Source: Lytechinus pictus (Eukaryota). Taken from it: a stretch of DNA of 64,000 nucleotides. The notes beneath the pieces are model-generated. The model saw only the letters and a list, made by a program, of their open reading frames with translations, was not told the origin of the DNA and searched no databases. The stretch lies in NCBI RefSeq assembly GCF_037042905.1, contig NC_087256.1:5518001-5582000 (forward strand), in the 5' to 3' direction. Positions within the stretch are counted from its first letter, which is position 1, and the number at the start of each line of letters is the position of its first letter. Shown here in pieces: positions 34,814-51,696 of this stretch. Made by a program: the position numbers and the translations under genes.

Positions 34814-35682
34814 TTATGCTACAATTTATCTTACATATTTGTTACTATTTCATCAGGTTAATCAAAGTTAAAAATCATTGATGGGACCTTTGTTTTCATT
34901 GAGAAGAAAATCAGAAAAGCAGTATTTTCATGCCACACTTTTGTTATAAGGTTTTCTCTCAAAGTGAGTTTGATAGACCACGTTAGAAGTTTGAACCAAA
35001 CTCAACAAGAAATTCTTAACACAATCATGTTAGTTCATCCATTGCATTTGAAATTCTAAACGGTGGTCAAGAAGTAGTTAATTTCCAAAATATTTTCTAT
35101 TATGATTCCTATTTTTTGTTAATACTGACATTACTGACGCAAATGATATTAGAATTAGTCTTGTATCCAAAAGATACTATCGGCCTAGATGTCAGAATTC
35201 AAGGGCTAAAATCGCGTAAAATTCTTGATTCAAATATAGTACGGATTTGTCCATAATTATTCCTTTTTTTTTTAAATGATCACTCAATGATACGAAAAGT
35301 GATGTTGCAAAATGCGAAAAACTGTAATATTTGAAATTTCGTCATAAGAAAATGCATTGGAGTGTGTGTTTCTTCCCTTTTCCAGTGATGCAACAGTCCC
35401 TTTCAGATCAGACGTCGAAATTTTATCTTGTATAAAATTGATTACAAATATATATTAATTATTGTGTTACTTGTTGATATTTACTGTATTCATTCAAATT
35501 AATTTGATACGTTAGGATTGCCGTGTCTTTTAGAAGAGCTAGGTGAAAAGCCTTTAATGGGCGATGATTCTGATACGAGCCTGATCATGACGAATAATAC
35601 TTGCACTAAGGCTAATTCTTGTCATCAATATAAACATAATTCATAATGTTTTAACTATTATGAAATTTCCTTCCATTAGACA

Positions 35683-39651
<3,969 letters not shown>

Positions 39652-40069
39652 ACTACATGCATGGCTGACATGACCTTAAGATGTCTCAGATGAATTATTA
39701 TTGTTAAGAGAAATTACATAGTATTATGACAGAATAATTTAATAAAGTTAACACTGAAAATTGAAGTACAAGTCTTTGTTGGTCCTTTTATTTTATGTCG
39801 GCTACAACTGTTACATAATCATACAATGTTGGTTCTTGTGCGAGTGCAGTATTATTGTGTGTGTTCTTGTGAATGTGGTGTGTGTGTGTATGGGCCATAA
39901 TGGGGGTGGGTGCGGGCTGTAATCACTATTAAGTTACGTGATCATTATATTCTAGTTTTATGTATATGTTTTTGTTTGTGTTTGATTTTTCATATTTGTT
40001 ATTTTCAAAGGGATTTATTTTCCTACAGGAAAGAACATAGTTGACCCAATGTAACCACAAAGCTATTAA

Positions 40070-40656
40070 AGGGGTACTCCGGGTTGAAAATATTTATATT
40101 TTAATAAAATAGAGTAAATTCACAAAGCGAAATGCTGAAAATTTCATCAAAATCTGATATCAAATAACGAAGTTATTGAATTTTAAAGTTGCGCAATAAC
40201 AGTAATATGCACATAGACATGAATATTATTTAGGTGGGCTGATGATGTCATATTCCCACTTCCCTTTTTCTTATGTTATTACATGAAATCATAATTGCTT
40301 CATTTTTTCATACATGTGTGAATGGTATGTCTCCTTTATAAAGAAATAAGTTGCAGCAATGAATATCTAATGCACCAAATCAGTTGTCAATAAAATCTTT
40401 TCAGTTCTTGGATGAAAAAATTGAATAAACCTTATTTTATATTATAAAATACCAAAGAACAAGTGGGGATATGACATCATCAGTTTGCTCATTGAATATT
40501 CATGAAGACATGCCTTGAACTGTTTCATCGGAATAATGCAAATATTTAAAATGCTATAACTTTGTTATTCCTTGTCCGATTTTGATTACATTTTCAATGT
40601 TTTTTTGTATAATTTTTCTTTTCAAATCTTATGATTTTTTTGCCCGGAGTACCCCT
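40070..40656. mobile_element. Kolobok-like MITE (duplicate of 26010-26602)
   Basis: Perfect 14-bp TIR AGGGGTACTCCGGG/CCCGGAGTACCCCT with TTAA on both sides. Confidence 0.88.
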
Positions 40657-41220
40657 TTAACATCCTCCGATTCATCATAATTACTTTGTCAATTCACGGA
40701 ATTTGAACACAGTGACTTAGTGTTCACTCTGTGTCACAACGTCCTTTCTCGTAAGAAATCCATTTGAAAAAATGGAAAGAATATTAGAGAAGGTAAAAAA
40801 AGGGTATCTTGACGTGCGGATATGATGTAGGGAGGGAAATCATCAAACATTCTATATGATGGAGTCAGAAGACGAGTACAAGGGGGGGGGGGGTTCAAAG
40901 CTAATACACTTCCCCTTATAAAAATGAGAGGTATATAATTATAGAGGGGGGGACAATATTTCAGAATCAAATCGCTTCCGTTTACTCATTTTATCTTAAG
41001 TACGATAAACTCTAAAGATTGAAATTATGGTATATTGTCTACAGCATCAATATACTTTCAATCAATTTCAAACTAAGTGCGTCTGTAATTTAAACGGGAG
41101 ATTGAATCGCTTCGAATTAAAAAAGTGTATTACTTACAACAATCGTTACGCCCGATTGCCAATTTGATATAATGAATATCATAACAATTAAAACATAGTG
41201 TATTCAAGACTTCTGATTGT

Positions 41221-41467
41221 TCACTGTTTCATCTTACGATATATTAGAATGGCAATGAAAGTTAATATAAATAATTGAATGATGAGATCTAGACACGCAT
41301 ATTGTATTAAACTAAAGAACGATCCAGATCCGACGTTCCTCAGGTGTCCATCTCCATTCTGGAGGACATGTTTTACCCAGAATTCAACTCGTTTTCCAGC
41401 AGATTGCTGCTTCGACTTAAAGGTGCGTGACGCTCTCTGTGCATTCGTCTGGAAACTGTAAGAGAGG

Positions 41468-41503
<36 letters not shown>

Positions 41504-44500
41504 CAGAGAGCAGGCTTGTGTGAAATTGTCATTAACGGATCCGCTATGAGATTTGAAAAAATGAAATAAAATTCCCGTTGCCATTACGGAGGATTTATAA
41601 TGTCATCTACTTGACGAGATCGAGATAAAGTGATTTGAAAAGTCGACTAGATAGCATAATAATCTTGACTTATCAAACTTGTAAATTCACATGACAACAG
41701 ACCCGTCGGAACGAATTTGAAAGAGATACCGTATGATTTGAAATTCATGAACATGATGCGTATCTCGCTAAAGAATAATAATGCAAGAACAATTTCTTGG
41801 ATATACTGTAATTGACCTGAAAAGGATCAACAAATTTTATGAACATGGTATCTTACTCAATTGATAATGCTCAATTGATATATTCCCCGAAACTGGGCAT
41901 TTTGTTGTAATCGTTATCGTGAACATGAAACGTTTCTCTGAAACAAGCAAAATTTAACATAGTGGTAACACGAGTTGAAATGTGTAATATGTCCATGGAT
42001 ATATTGACCTAAAAAAGGGAAATTCTAATTAAGCACAATTTGTAATCATGAAGATGAAATATATCTCGGGAACATGTCTTCATTTTTGTGATATATTGAT
42101 CTGAAAGGTATACATGTATTTTAGCACATTTTTTAATCGCGAACGTGAAGCATATAGGCGTACCCAGATCACGCGTTATGCGAGCGCATCGCGAACTGAA
42201 ATATTTGATATATTAACCTCAAAGGGGACATTTTGTTTATAATTTCCTGGAATGCAAGCGCGAAGCGCGAGCCAATATACTAAAACTAGATATCTTAAGC
42301 ACATTTCGTAATCCTGAACAGGATACATACATTTCCCTGTTTCCAGGCCACAACTCATTAATCAAAATACTGAGAAACCAAAGCATGGGCTAAAACAAAA
42401 GGTTTGTAGGAATACAATTAAACACTTTTATTGTTGCCATGAATACAAGGTACAATAAGGTATATAGCAGAGAGGGCAAGGATGGCTATTAATCTTAAAA
42501 CAAAGCCATACAAAATTGTACTTTCAAAAAATAAATCGTGAGAAATAGTCCTCAATTTACAGTTCAGCCAGGAAATATGAAAAATAACACATGCTCTCTG
42601 ATTAAATCACATCACCCCCATACACCGTCTCTTTTTTTCCTTCTGTTCTTTCGTTTTCGGATGTTTGTCTCTGCTTTCTTTCCTTTTTAAGTTATCCCCT
42701 CTACTTTATCCACCTTTCTCCCCCCTCTCTCTCTCCCTCTTTCTTTCTCCCTAATTTTACATTCTTTTAAACAATATTGTTTGTACGTTATTCAGTGGCT
42801 CCGTCGCGACGGGCCTGCATGGCGATATTATAGGTATCCCGCCATGTTTATTTTATTAAGTTTTATGTAGACTTGGCAACATGAATTATCTTACAATGCT
42901 GACCTATCAAGATATCATTTCAACATAAAGATATACAATGATATACATGTACACAGTTTGAGAAGTCAACTGTACATGAAATCGTATGTAGGGCCTAACC
43001 AGTTTTGTTTGTAAACATATTTTAATTTTATAAATGAGTCATGTTACCTTTTGTCAAGCGTGAGCTTCGCGACTGCATTGTAAACGTCATTTTCCGTCAA
43101 GGAATCGATATCCAGTATGATCCCCATGCCGATGTTCTTGATTTTGGCGCAGTTTTCATGGTGTTCAGAAGACATCAGAGGGATGCAAAGCACCGGTACT
43201 CCATGGTAAATCGCTTCCATTATACCACAACGCCCTCCCGTAGTGACGAGGGCAACAGTTTCGTTCAGACCTGAATGATAGCAAACCCAAGATTTTATTC
43301 AGAATAACGTTTTATACTTTTCTTCAATCAGTTATAATGTGTTAATCTCTCTTATATAAATGCATACTTTATCTGATAATCGTGGTTGATTTATTATATT
43401 TTTCTATAGAGATCAAGTTTTTTTCAAATGTGAAATCCAACTTCTAACGGCCATAATACAGAAATTTTAATAAACCAACATGGTTACCATGGTTACTACA
43501 ACCATAGAGAAACTATTATCACTATTACCGTTTCATAACTAACACGGTATGTAACTCTATGTAAGTTTATGCAAGCATACCTTTTGTATTAAACAGAGAT
43601 ATGTTTTCTTTTCTGTAACGAATTGGACGTAACTTCTTCTTCTTCTTCCAAATTATGACTAAGGTATTTTAGAAAGCTACCACGGAATAGATGAAACATG
43701 AAATGCAATAAATGGGGGAATAATAGTAGAATGAGATCTTATGACGATAAAGAAAGACTTATGACAAAGTAAACTGTTACCGAGGAGATCATTCATGTCA
43801 TTATTTTTTATCCATCCAGTGTAATGAATATTGTCGGTCGGTGATGTCTGAACTTCCGGTCTACCTTTCCGCCAGAGAATCTGAAAGGGCACTCTGGACA
43901 ACCCTTCCACCATGGCCTCTTCAGTCGTTTCCTTCAGCTGACGAGCTAAGGTATTGATGGAAACGACAACGATGTTGCCTTTGGAGCGAGCACCAGCTAT
44001 GGCCAGGCGAAGACTCTGTTGGGATGGAGGTAAATCAATGAAGCTGCTTGATTATTAAAAAAAAAAAAACGAGCGAGACTATGATATTCAAACATGATGA
44101 TGGTGATAATGATGAAGATGATGTCATGATGATGATTAAGGTGGTGTTATGAGTGATGATAATGATCGAAGACGACGATGATAATGAACGAATTATGATC
44201 TTACCAATAAGGAAGTAGAAAGTATATTTTTAAGACTAAGATATTGCACACTGAATAGTCGATTAAGGGAGTTTCAGTATAAACTCTTGCATAATATTAT
44301 ATACACTAACCACCACCTTTTCCGTTTTGGTCTTGTTTCGACCAATTTATGCTCATTTTGTGAAAAGGAAGAAGAAACGTATGAACATCTATTTTATACT
44401 TGTGAATTTTCAAAATCACTTTGGGATCTGTGGGCAAGAAGTTTAAATTTTGAAATGAATAAATTTAGTTGGCAGGAAATTCTTTTCGGGAAGCAGGAGA

Positions 44501-46570
44501 AAAGTAAAGGTAAATATCAATTAATTAATCATGTTTTGATTTTAGTTAAATATCTTATTTACAAAAACCGAGAATTAAAAAAAATCTCCTTCATTGAATG
44601 AAATAAAAAATAGTATTAGGGGGGATCAAAGAGAAGAAAAGAATTTAGCAACAAAGAGGGGGACTCTTACAATCCATTTCTCTAAATGGGAAAACTTAAT
44701 TATTATACCATTTATTGGAGCCCAGAGCCAGCTCTCCACCGGATAGGGGATGGGGGTGTTTTAGGGAGGGTCGGGAGGAGGGGGGTAGGGTCCAGGGCTG
44801 AGTTTGTTGTTGAGATTGATTTTATTTGAGTGAAGAGGCCGAGGCAATGGGTTTTTTATAAAAAAAAATATGCTGATGGCCTCAATTCGTTAAGTTTTAT
44901 TAATGATTTATTTTTGTGTATTTGACACTGAAAAAAATTTCAATATGTTGAATTTATTGTAGAAGTTTATTCTTAATGCATATTATTATTATCAATGTTA
45001 TTTATAATTATGTTTTAGAAGATGTCTGACATGATTGTGTTTTATTGTAACATTCAAGAAAAAAAAATGATGTTAAATTTATAAGTTGTCAAGGTATTTA
45101 TCAATTTGTAAAGACATCAAACTTCTATTTGTTATATATATTTTATTTTGTATATGAATTGAAGTTGTCAATAAAAACTACTTAATACAAAAAAAAAATA
45201 ATGAAGATGACGATCGATAATGATGATGACTTGAGTGTTGACGACGATGATGATTCAAGATTAAAGCCATCTTGGCTTTCACTAGCTATCCCGTCACGGT
45301 GTGGGGGGTGTGTTGGTACCTAACGAATGAATATCCCCATGGTTGCTACCATTAATGAGAGTCACCATATATGGCAAGTTTTATTGAAAGGTCCCCTCAC
45401 CACCGATACCTCTTTTATCGATAATAATAAAACACAGCCTATTAAAAGGGCATTCTGTATTCCGTTCTTCATTCAATATTATTTTTTGCATCATATTACA
45501 CTATATTTTGAGCAATAATTCTTGTTTTTCATCACACTACTGATCCTATAAATTTGATATATACAGTTTATTGGGATGTATATATTACAAGTTTAATAGA
45601 TAGAATAAATAAACGGATGGATTCCTCATCGGATGTGGAAAACCTTTAAAGCACTTACTTGGTCAACAATTTGATGAGGTGGGTGGGAGGTGAGATCACC
45701 TAAAAAAACAAAGTTTGGTGGCAGAGTTAAAGGGTAATCAAGGACAAGGTCAGCATTCAGAAACCAAAGAGATGCATTAGCGTATGAAGACGAAAATTCA
45801 AAGATATTCCCTAGTTCAGAGATGCCATGTTTGTTGGCAATCTCGCTGTAGAAACTCCATAATCTATGATAGAATAGATGGATGCTCATCATCTCGGCAG
45901 TTGATTGGAGTCTCCCAAGGATAGATGTTTGGTCCATAATTGTTTGAGAAAATAGAGCATGGGGAAGAATAGTTGGAGACACGACTAAAAAATTGGCGAT
46001 CGGAATTCCACCAAGAAGATGGGACAGGATTACGTGGCAAGGACCAAAGGACTCACTAATAATCATGTCAAGTTCAAGGCTCCTGAGATGAGCCATCGTG
46101 GTTTGGTTTGCCAGAAGTGCCTCACAGAGGATTCTCTGAGGCTTCAGAAGACCTAAGAGTTGCTGCATGCCAACTATCCTGTTTCCACTCATTGATAATA
46201 TTTTGTCCTTCAAGGAATGGCACTCGTTTATCACACCCTCGGAATGAATGTCAACCCTGGAAAAACCACCAAGATCGCTGTCATCATCTACCTCATTCTG
46301 ATCACCCGGTAGGGTTACAGTCATGAAGGTCACGTTATAGCCTTCTGACCTTAGTATCTCACCTAGTCTTAGACCAAGGTTGAAAAGACTTGTCTTTACA
46401 CCGCAACCCTGAAACATTAGCAAAATGCGTCCGCCCTCGTCATTCTCCAAGTTCGAAGGCAGGACGAGGTCATGGGCACCACAGGTTGGGAAATTTATGA
46501 AAAGTTTCAGGGCGCACAGAACAAGAAATGTCCACTGGAAGATCATCGTGATTACAAGTCTACTTCTCAT
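41221..46570 (-). CDS. UDP-glycosyltransferase (GT1/UGT family), about 534 aa, with atypical active-site motifs. Exons 45659-46570, 43781-44015, 43048-43270, 41221-41455
   Basis: GT-AG introns with phases 0,1,2 give a continuous ORF. Signal peptide; EGYNVT; LDYPLTLPPNFVFLG; RVPFQILWR; NDLLG; GIMEAIYHGVPVLCIPL; FWVKHVL...HLR...QYACLDL; C-terminal TM helix with basic tail. The start could instead be the ATG at 46546. Confidence 0.88.
44189..45197 (+). mobile_element. 5'-truncated L1/Tx1-type LINE in UGT intron 1
   Basis: zf-RVT-like CSFCEKEEETYEHLFYTC (ORF 44287-44601); AATAAA plus poly-A; 8-bp TSD ATAATGAA (44181-44188, 45198-45205) within a (GAT)n tract. Confidence 0.8.
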
Positions 46571-46994
46571 AATCACCAGACAGAAAAAAGTAAATCATAC
46601 ATACTGACACAGGATGATAAGAAGCAATGGCCTCTATCATGCACATTCCCGTTGTGCATTTCAACTCACAAACATTCTTGATGATACTAATTGATAACAG
46701 ACACTTTGTACCAGCAAGAATATCATCGGAATGAAGCTTGGCATCAGAAATATGAGCACAAACTCAGTCATTGGAAATTCTTAGAGCACCAGCGTTCCAC
46801 AAATGACCAGCAGAAATTCTTCACTTCCTTTTGTGTTAATGTGTCTCTTTTTCTCGAAAACAATCAATATGATTCCAAAACATCCCTTTCATGAGTAAGA
46901 TGAAGATAATATTCTGCTTTATTTAAGCGGTTTATGCATCGGCGTTGTCCGCTTTTCTAACATCGCACGCCCCTTGCATATGCAAAATATAATA

Positions 46995-47421
46995 TTATTT
47001 TAAGGGTAAATCTTACGCAAACTGCATTAATAAAACATTCAAGACCAGATTAATGTTCATGTAGTAGAAGCAGCAGCAGTGGTAGTAATATTGGAAGTAG
47101 CAGTAGTAATAGTACAGGACTACTACTACTCCTACCACTAATACTGCTACTACTACAACTACTACTACTACTACTCCTACTACTCCTACCACTAATACTG
47201 CTACTACTACAACTACTACTACTACTACTCCTACTACTACTACTACTATTATAATCACTACCACCATCACTAGTATAGTAGTAGTAGAAGTGGTAATAGT
47301 AACAGAAGTAATTCTACAATTATTGCTACTGCTACTTCAACTGCTGTTTCTACTACATGTACATTAATCTGGTCTTAAATGTTTTGTTAATGCAGTGTGC
47401 ATAACATTTGCCCTTAAAATA
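46995..47421. repeat. Fold-back element: about 100-bp inverted arms enclosing a (TAC)n/(GTA)n microsatellite
   Basis: tattttaagggtaaat...aagaccagattaatgt.catgtagtagaa is inverted relative to ttctactacatgtacattaatctggtctt...atttgcccttaaaata. Confidence 0.7.
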
Positions 47422-50400
47422 TAAATACTACTTCCCTTGTAACTGGGACAGAAGGCAATTGCCATAGTTATTTAGTTAACCTTTTCTGTCCCAAATATTT
47501 TGATTTTCTTCTAAATTTGATACTAAGGATCTTGACCATATCATAATTAATCATATGACTAAATATTTTCCAAGGTGAATTACTTTGTTGGAGGAAAAAA
47601 TAAATTACACAAGGAATAGTGTGATGTCATTTGTTCTAAATATACCACCTATTTTATATATATCAACATTTTGTGCAAATTTTTCAAGACTTCAAAATGT
47701 CATGAAGTTCTTATCTTATATCCGATTCGGATGAAACTTTCAATGTTGTTACACTTGTTTGATTTTCTTTATTTATTCAAATCAACATTATCTTTTCATG
47801 GACTTCACCTTTTAGTAGGCCTACTGCAAGACAATATGTTCTTTAATTGTTCTTATCATTGAGACAAACATTTAACAGCTGTGGCTTACAACTAATTCAA
47901 GGAGACAACAAAATAGTCCACAAAATAATAAGGAATTTTACTCCCTAATCAATATTCTTTAATCAAATATTATTTGATGTTCTATACAGTGCGGAAAATA
48001 AACAATTATTTATAATAATTATATTACAAACATTATATAGTTCATGTGAACAGTTAAGCAATATTTCTCACAATATAGTCAATCAAGAATATAAACATGA
48101 TTTGAAGCCATAACTCTAAACATAGTTTTGATAGAGCAAACTTACCATTATCTGTCATATACAAGAACATAAGAAACTCTGTTCTACCATATGGATGAAG
48201 TAATAACACACACTCTTTAAAATGTAAGATAAAATTCATTACCAATGACATTCTAAAAGAATTATAAATTTCTGTAGAAGTGAATAAATACTGGAATTAT
48301 AAAAGTGACAATTTCAATGCAGCCTAAGACACAAATAGTTTACTTGAGTACTAGAGTTTTAGCAACAACAGCTACATATATCAAGACCTCATCTATCAAA
48401 GGGTTGTGACTGATCCTATCAATAACACTATCGGAATGCGATCAATATCATCATTCTTCATCAATATGGGTCTTGACTTTGTGTAAAAAAGAGCATGTTT
48501 GTAAATCAATTATGCTGGCAAAAGCATTCGTCTGTGATGTTTACAAAATAACCAAAAGGACTTCTACATTCTAGATGAGGCTTTCCTTAGTTGAGATCAA
48601 TTAAAACCAAAATTCATATTGATTTTGATCTTAAGAGCACTTCTCATCTTTTGACTATACTGCAGCATACCTTTATCAAAATCAATCAAATGTTATAATG
48701 TAAACAAATATTTACTTTTAACTGTAAATGTAAATGTATATGTATATGCCCTCTAAATTGGGTTCATATGAACCATCAAAGAGATAAACATCAATGAACA
48801 ACATATTAACTTGCTGTCTAACCAAAATTATTACATAAAGTTTAATACTAAATTTTAAATCTTAAAACGATTGACAGACATGAAAAAACAATTTGTGAAT
48901 GATTTGTTCATGACGTTAATGATTGTCAAAGTACAAAGATTTTTTCTATAATTTGGCATTCAATCACAATGATATCAAACATTGGAAATGGGTTTCATTG
49001 ATATATACAAGAAACGTAAGATAACAAATATCTTTACTTAAAATACATGCAGTATTGGAAAAACATTGCACTTGACATGTTCCTAAAATGAGTTGTTCGA
49101 ATTTTGGCATAGTAAAAATATAATACACCAGCACACATTCTCAGAAAAAAATGATTCAGTTTGATCGCTTTAAATTTGTTTACCTAGAACATGCAGCTTA
49201 TTACAAAAAATGCTGTCAAAGATTAAAAAAAAAGAATTGATCATGATTCTTCAGCACTTTTTTCCCTTATTGAGTTCGATATAGAAGACCATATACAAGG
49301 GAGCCCTTTCATAAAGCTGATTTTAAACTCAAACAAGAGTTTACGATGACCCTTTGTTGTGCTTTAAAATATATCCCTACATAGCTGACTAAGCACCATG
49401 TTCCAGGTATGTTTGAATCGTTTGTAAAGTCATAAGTATCTTGCAGAAAGCTTTATGAAAAACCATCCAAGCCCAATTACACAAAAGCTACTATTATTGT
49501 AACTTTGCAATCCGATGCCAAGTACCATGGTAATCAGGCTTGTTATCATGCTTCAACAACCAATCAAAATCAAAGCTTCAATTCAAGTTACCATAGTGGA
49601 AAATTCCATGATAGAAATGGTCATCAACCAATCAATATCAAGGATTTGATGGCAGTAACCATTTATGCCGATTTTTTATAGCAACTTCTATGTAATGGAA
49701 TTTGATGAAAAGAAATATTCAACAAATCCAAAACAAATCCGAATGAGCAAGAGCATAGCTCGACCTTGATTCACAATGGTAAATACAGCACACTGACTTT
49801 ACACATATTTGAATTAACAAAAACATCACCTAAATAAAAAAATAATGTACTCTATGTTTCTAGATAAAGAACATCTGTTTTGATAACATAACTTACAAAT
49901 ACATTTATAAGGACAATTTGATCGATTTCTTCAGTGCATATACAATAATTGAGCGAGAATGAAGGCACTAAAGTTAACTAGAATTTCCACACATTCTATA
50001 CTGTTTATCATTCTTACAAAATATTACATGGTAATGATTTAAAAACAAGATGGGTTTACAATTTTCTTTAAACTGATGTTGCAGTTAATCATTTTCAGGC
50101 ATTTTGACGAAGTGTTTGTTTGAAAACATGTAGTGACAAGATCTATATAGATTGATAGACACGACTACAGTGAAGTACATGTACAGGAACAGAAAGCATT
50201 AATGAGATACAATCATTTCAGAAGCAATATTGATATAACAACAAGAAATATAATATTTGACATGTAAGAGAACACATGGAATATGGTCGGAAAGAGACAA
50301 ACACTTCCAGTGCAGTATCAAATCAAAAAATGTTTTTAAAACTGTTTAAATATTCAAATTAGCTATATTGAAAAAAAATTAAACATTTATAATTCATTTG

Positions 50401-50991
50401 TACTCGTGTTGGACCAATATCCATATTTAATAATTTTCAAAGTATGAACATAAATAGGAAAATTAACAACTGTTATGAATTTGAGGAGAAGAAGCAGAGA
50501 CTGTGTGTTAAATATAGAGCTGCTACAAAGCCTTACTTATCTAGTTTGGTAGGGCAGATATCACAAACACATAAAGGCGACCTGCATGAGCCTTTATTTT
50601 ACATGTTTCTTGAGTTGTCAATAAATCTCTGCCTCAGTGTTTAAAAACGATTTCACTATTTTTTTCTAGTTCACACTAGCAATAATCAAAACAAATTTTG
50701 AAGGTGTCACTGTGATTAGTTTGAATCATGCAAACAATAGACCAGCATGCAAAGAACCATAGCCTTATATCACTTTGTTTTGTTTGCAAAATAAACTGAA
50801 ATAAGGTAAAGAATCATTACTATTCAGAACATTGGCCTGATCATCAAGCATTAAAATATCAACTACCTTGTATAGGATAGGAAATTCCTGCTCTTTAAAT
50901 CCCCTTGGCACAAGCAGTCTCAGGCAAGGCATTCAATATACATTGTTTCCTTTTAATCAGGTATATATACAAATGACAATGAACAACTTAA

Positions 50992-51301
50992 AGGCATAGG
51001 TTACTATAACAAAAAAAAATCAAATTCATCCAGACACTTTCTAGATATTGCTGGCAGTAAAATCATCATTTACTAAATCTCCTGGGGGAGATAAACACAA
51101 GATAAGCTAGTGTATGGGATGCTATCAAGATGGAGGTGTTGCCAGTCACCTTATATTTCACTCTTTTGAAGCACTAATAATTATTTTGGCGGCACAAATT
51201 TGTTTTCTGGTCTTCATTTTTAAAACATATCACAGACACTGGTGTCAAGAGTGGCCTTGCAGCTCAGATTTTAAATGTAAAACCAATTTTAACTTCTGCC
51301 T
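50992..51301. mobile_element. Kolobok-like MITE related to 19392-19770
   Basis: TTAA flanks; AGGCA...TGCCT ends; shares the segment gaagcacta...aacatatcacagacac...agctcagatttt. Confidence 0.7.
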
Positions 51302-51696
51302 TTAACAACAGCTGACAGGTCAACTCTCACAATTGCAAGATGATGGTCGAGAAGCTCAATTGTGGAATTAAGATGTTGCACAAAATAGGTTAAAAAGAAT
51401 GATAACCATTTAACTATTCAGAGGGGGTATTTCATTAACTATGATATTCTCGTTTAATACAAGGTGCAAATTACAAAGGGAATGCTTGAAGCTTGTACAT
51501 TCATACAATTCTATATCTATCCACTGGAATGGGCGTAAGAATCCCCTGATGACTTCATAAAAGATCAGCACACAACATAAAAATACAACTTGTTGAACAA
51601 ATTAAAGCTGCAAGAATTGCACATTGGATTTGAGTTGGTAAGTGACTGGCCAGGAGCACACATCAGTCTTAAATCTTTTGACGACCAATCAGAGTC

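Noticed and set aside
41279-41461. Plus-strand 60-aa ORF conserved in both duplicate blocks
   Set aside because: It is the antisense shadow of the UGT terminal exon.
47900-51690. Possible additional gene between the UGT and the ANKRD55-like gene
   Set aside because: AT-rich with no coherent exon chain; more likely a long 3' UTR or intergenic DNA.
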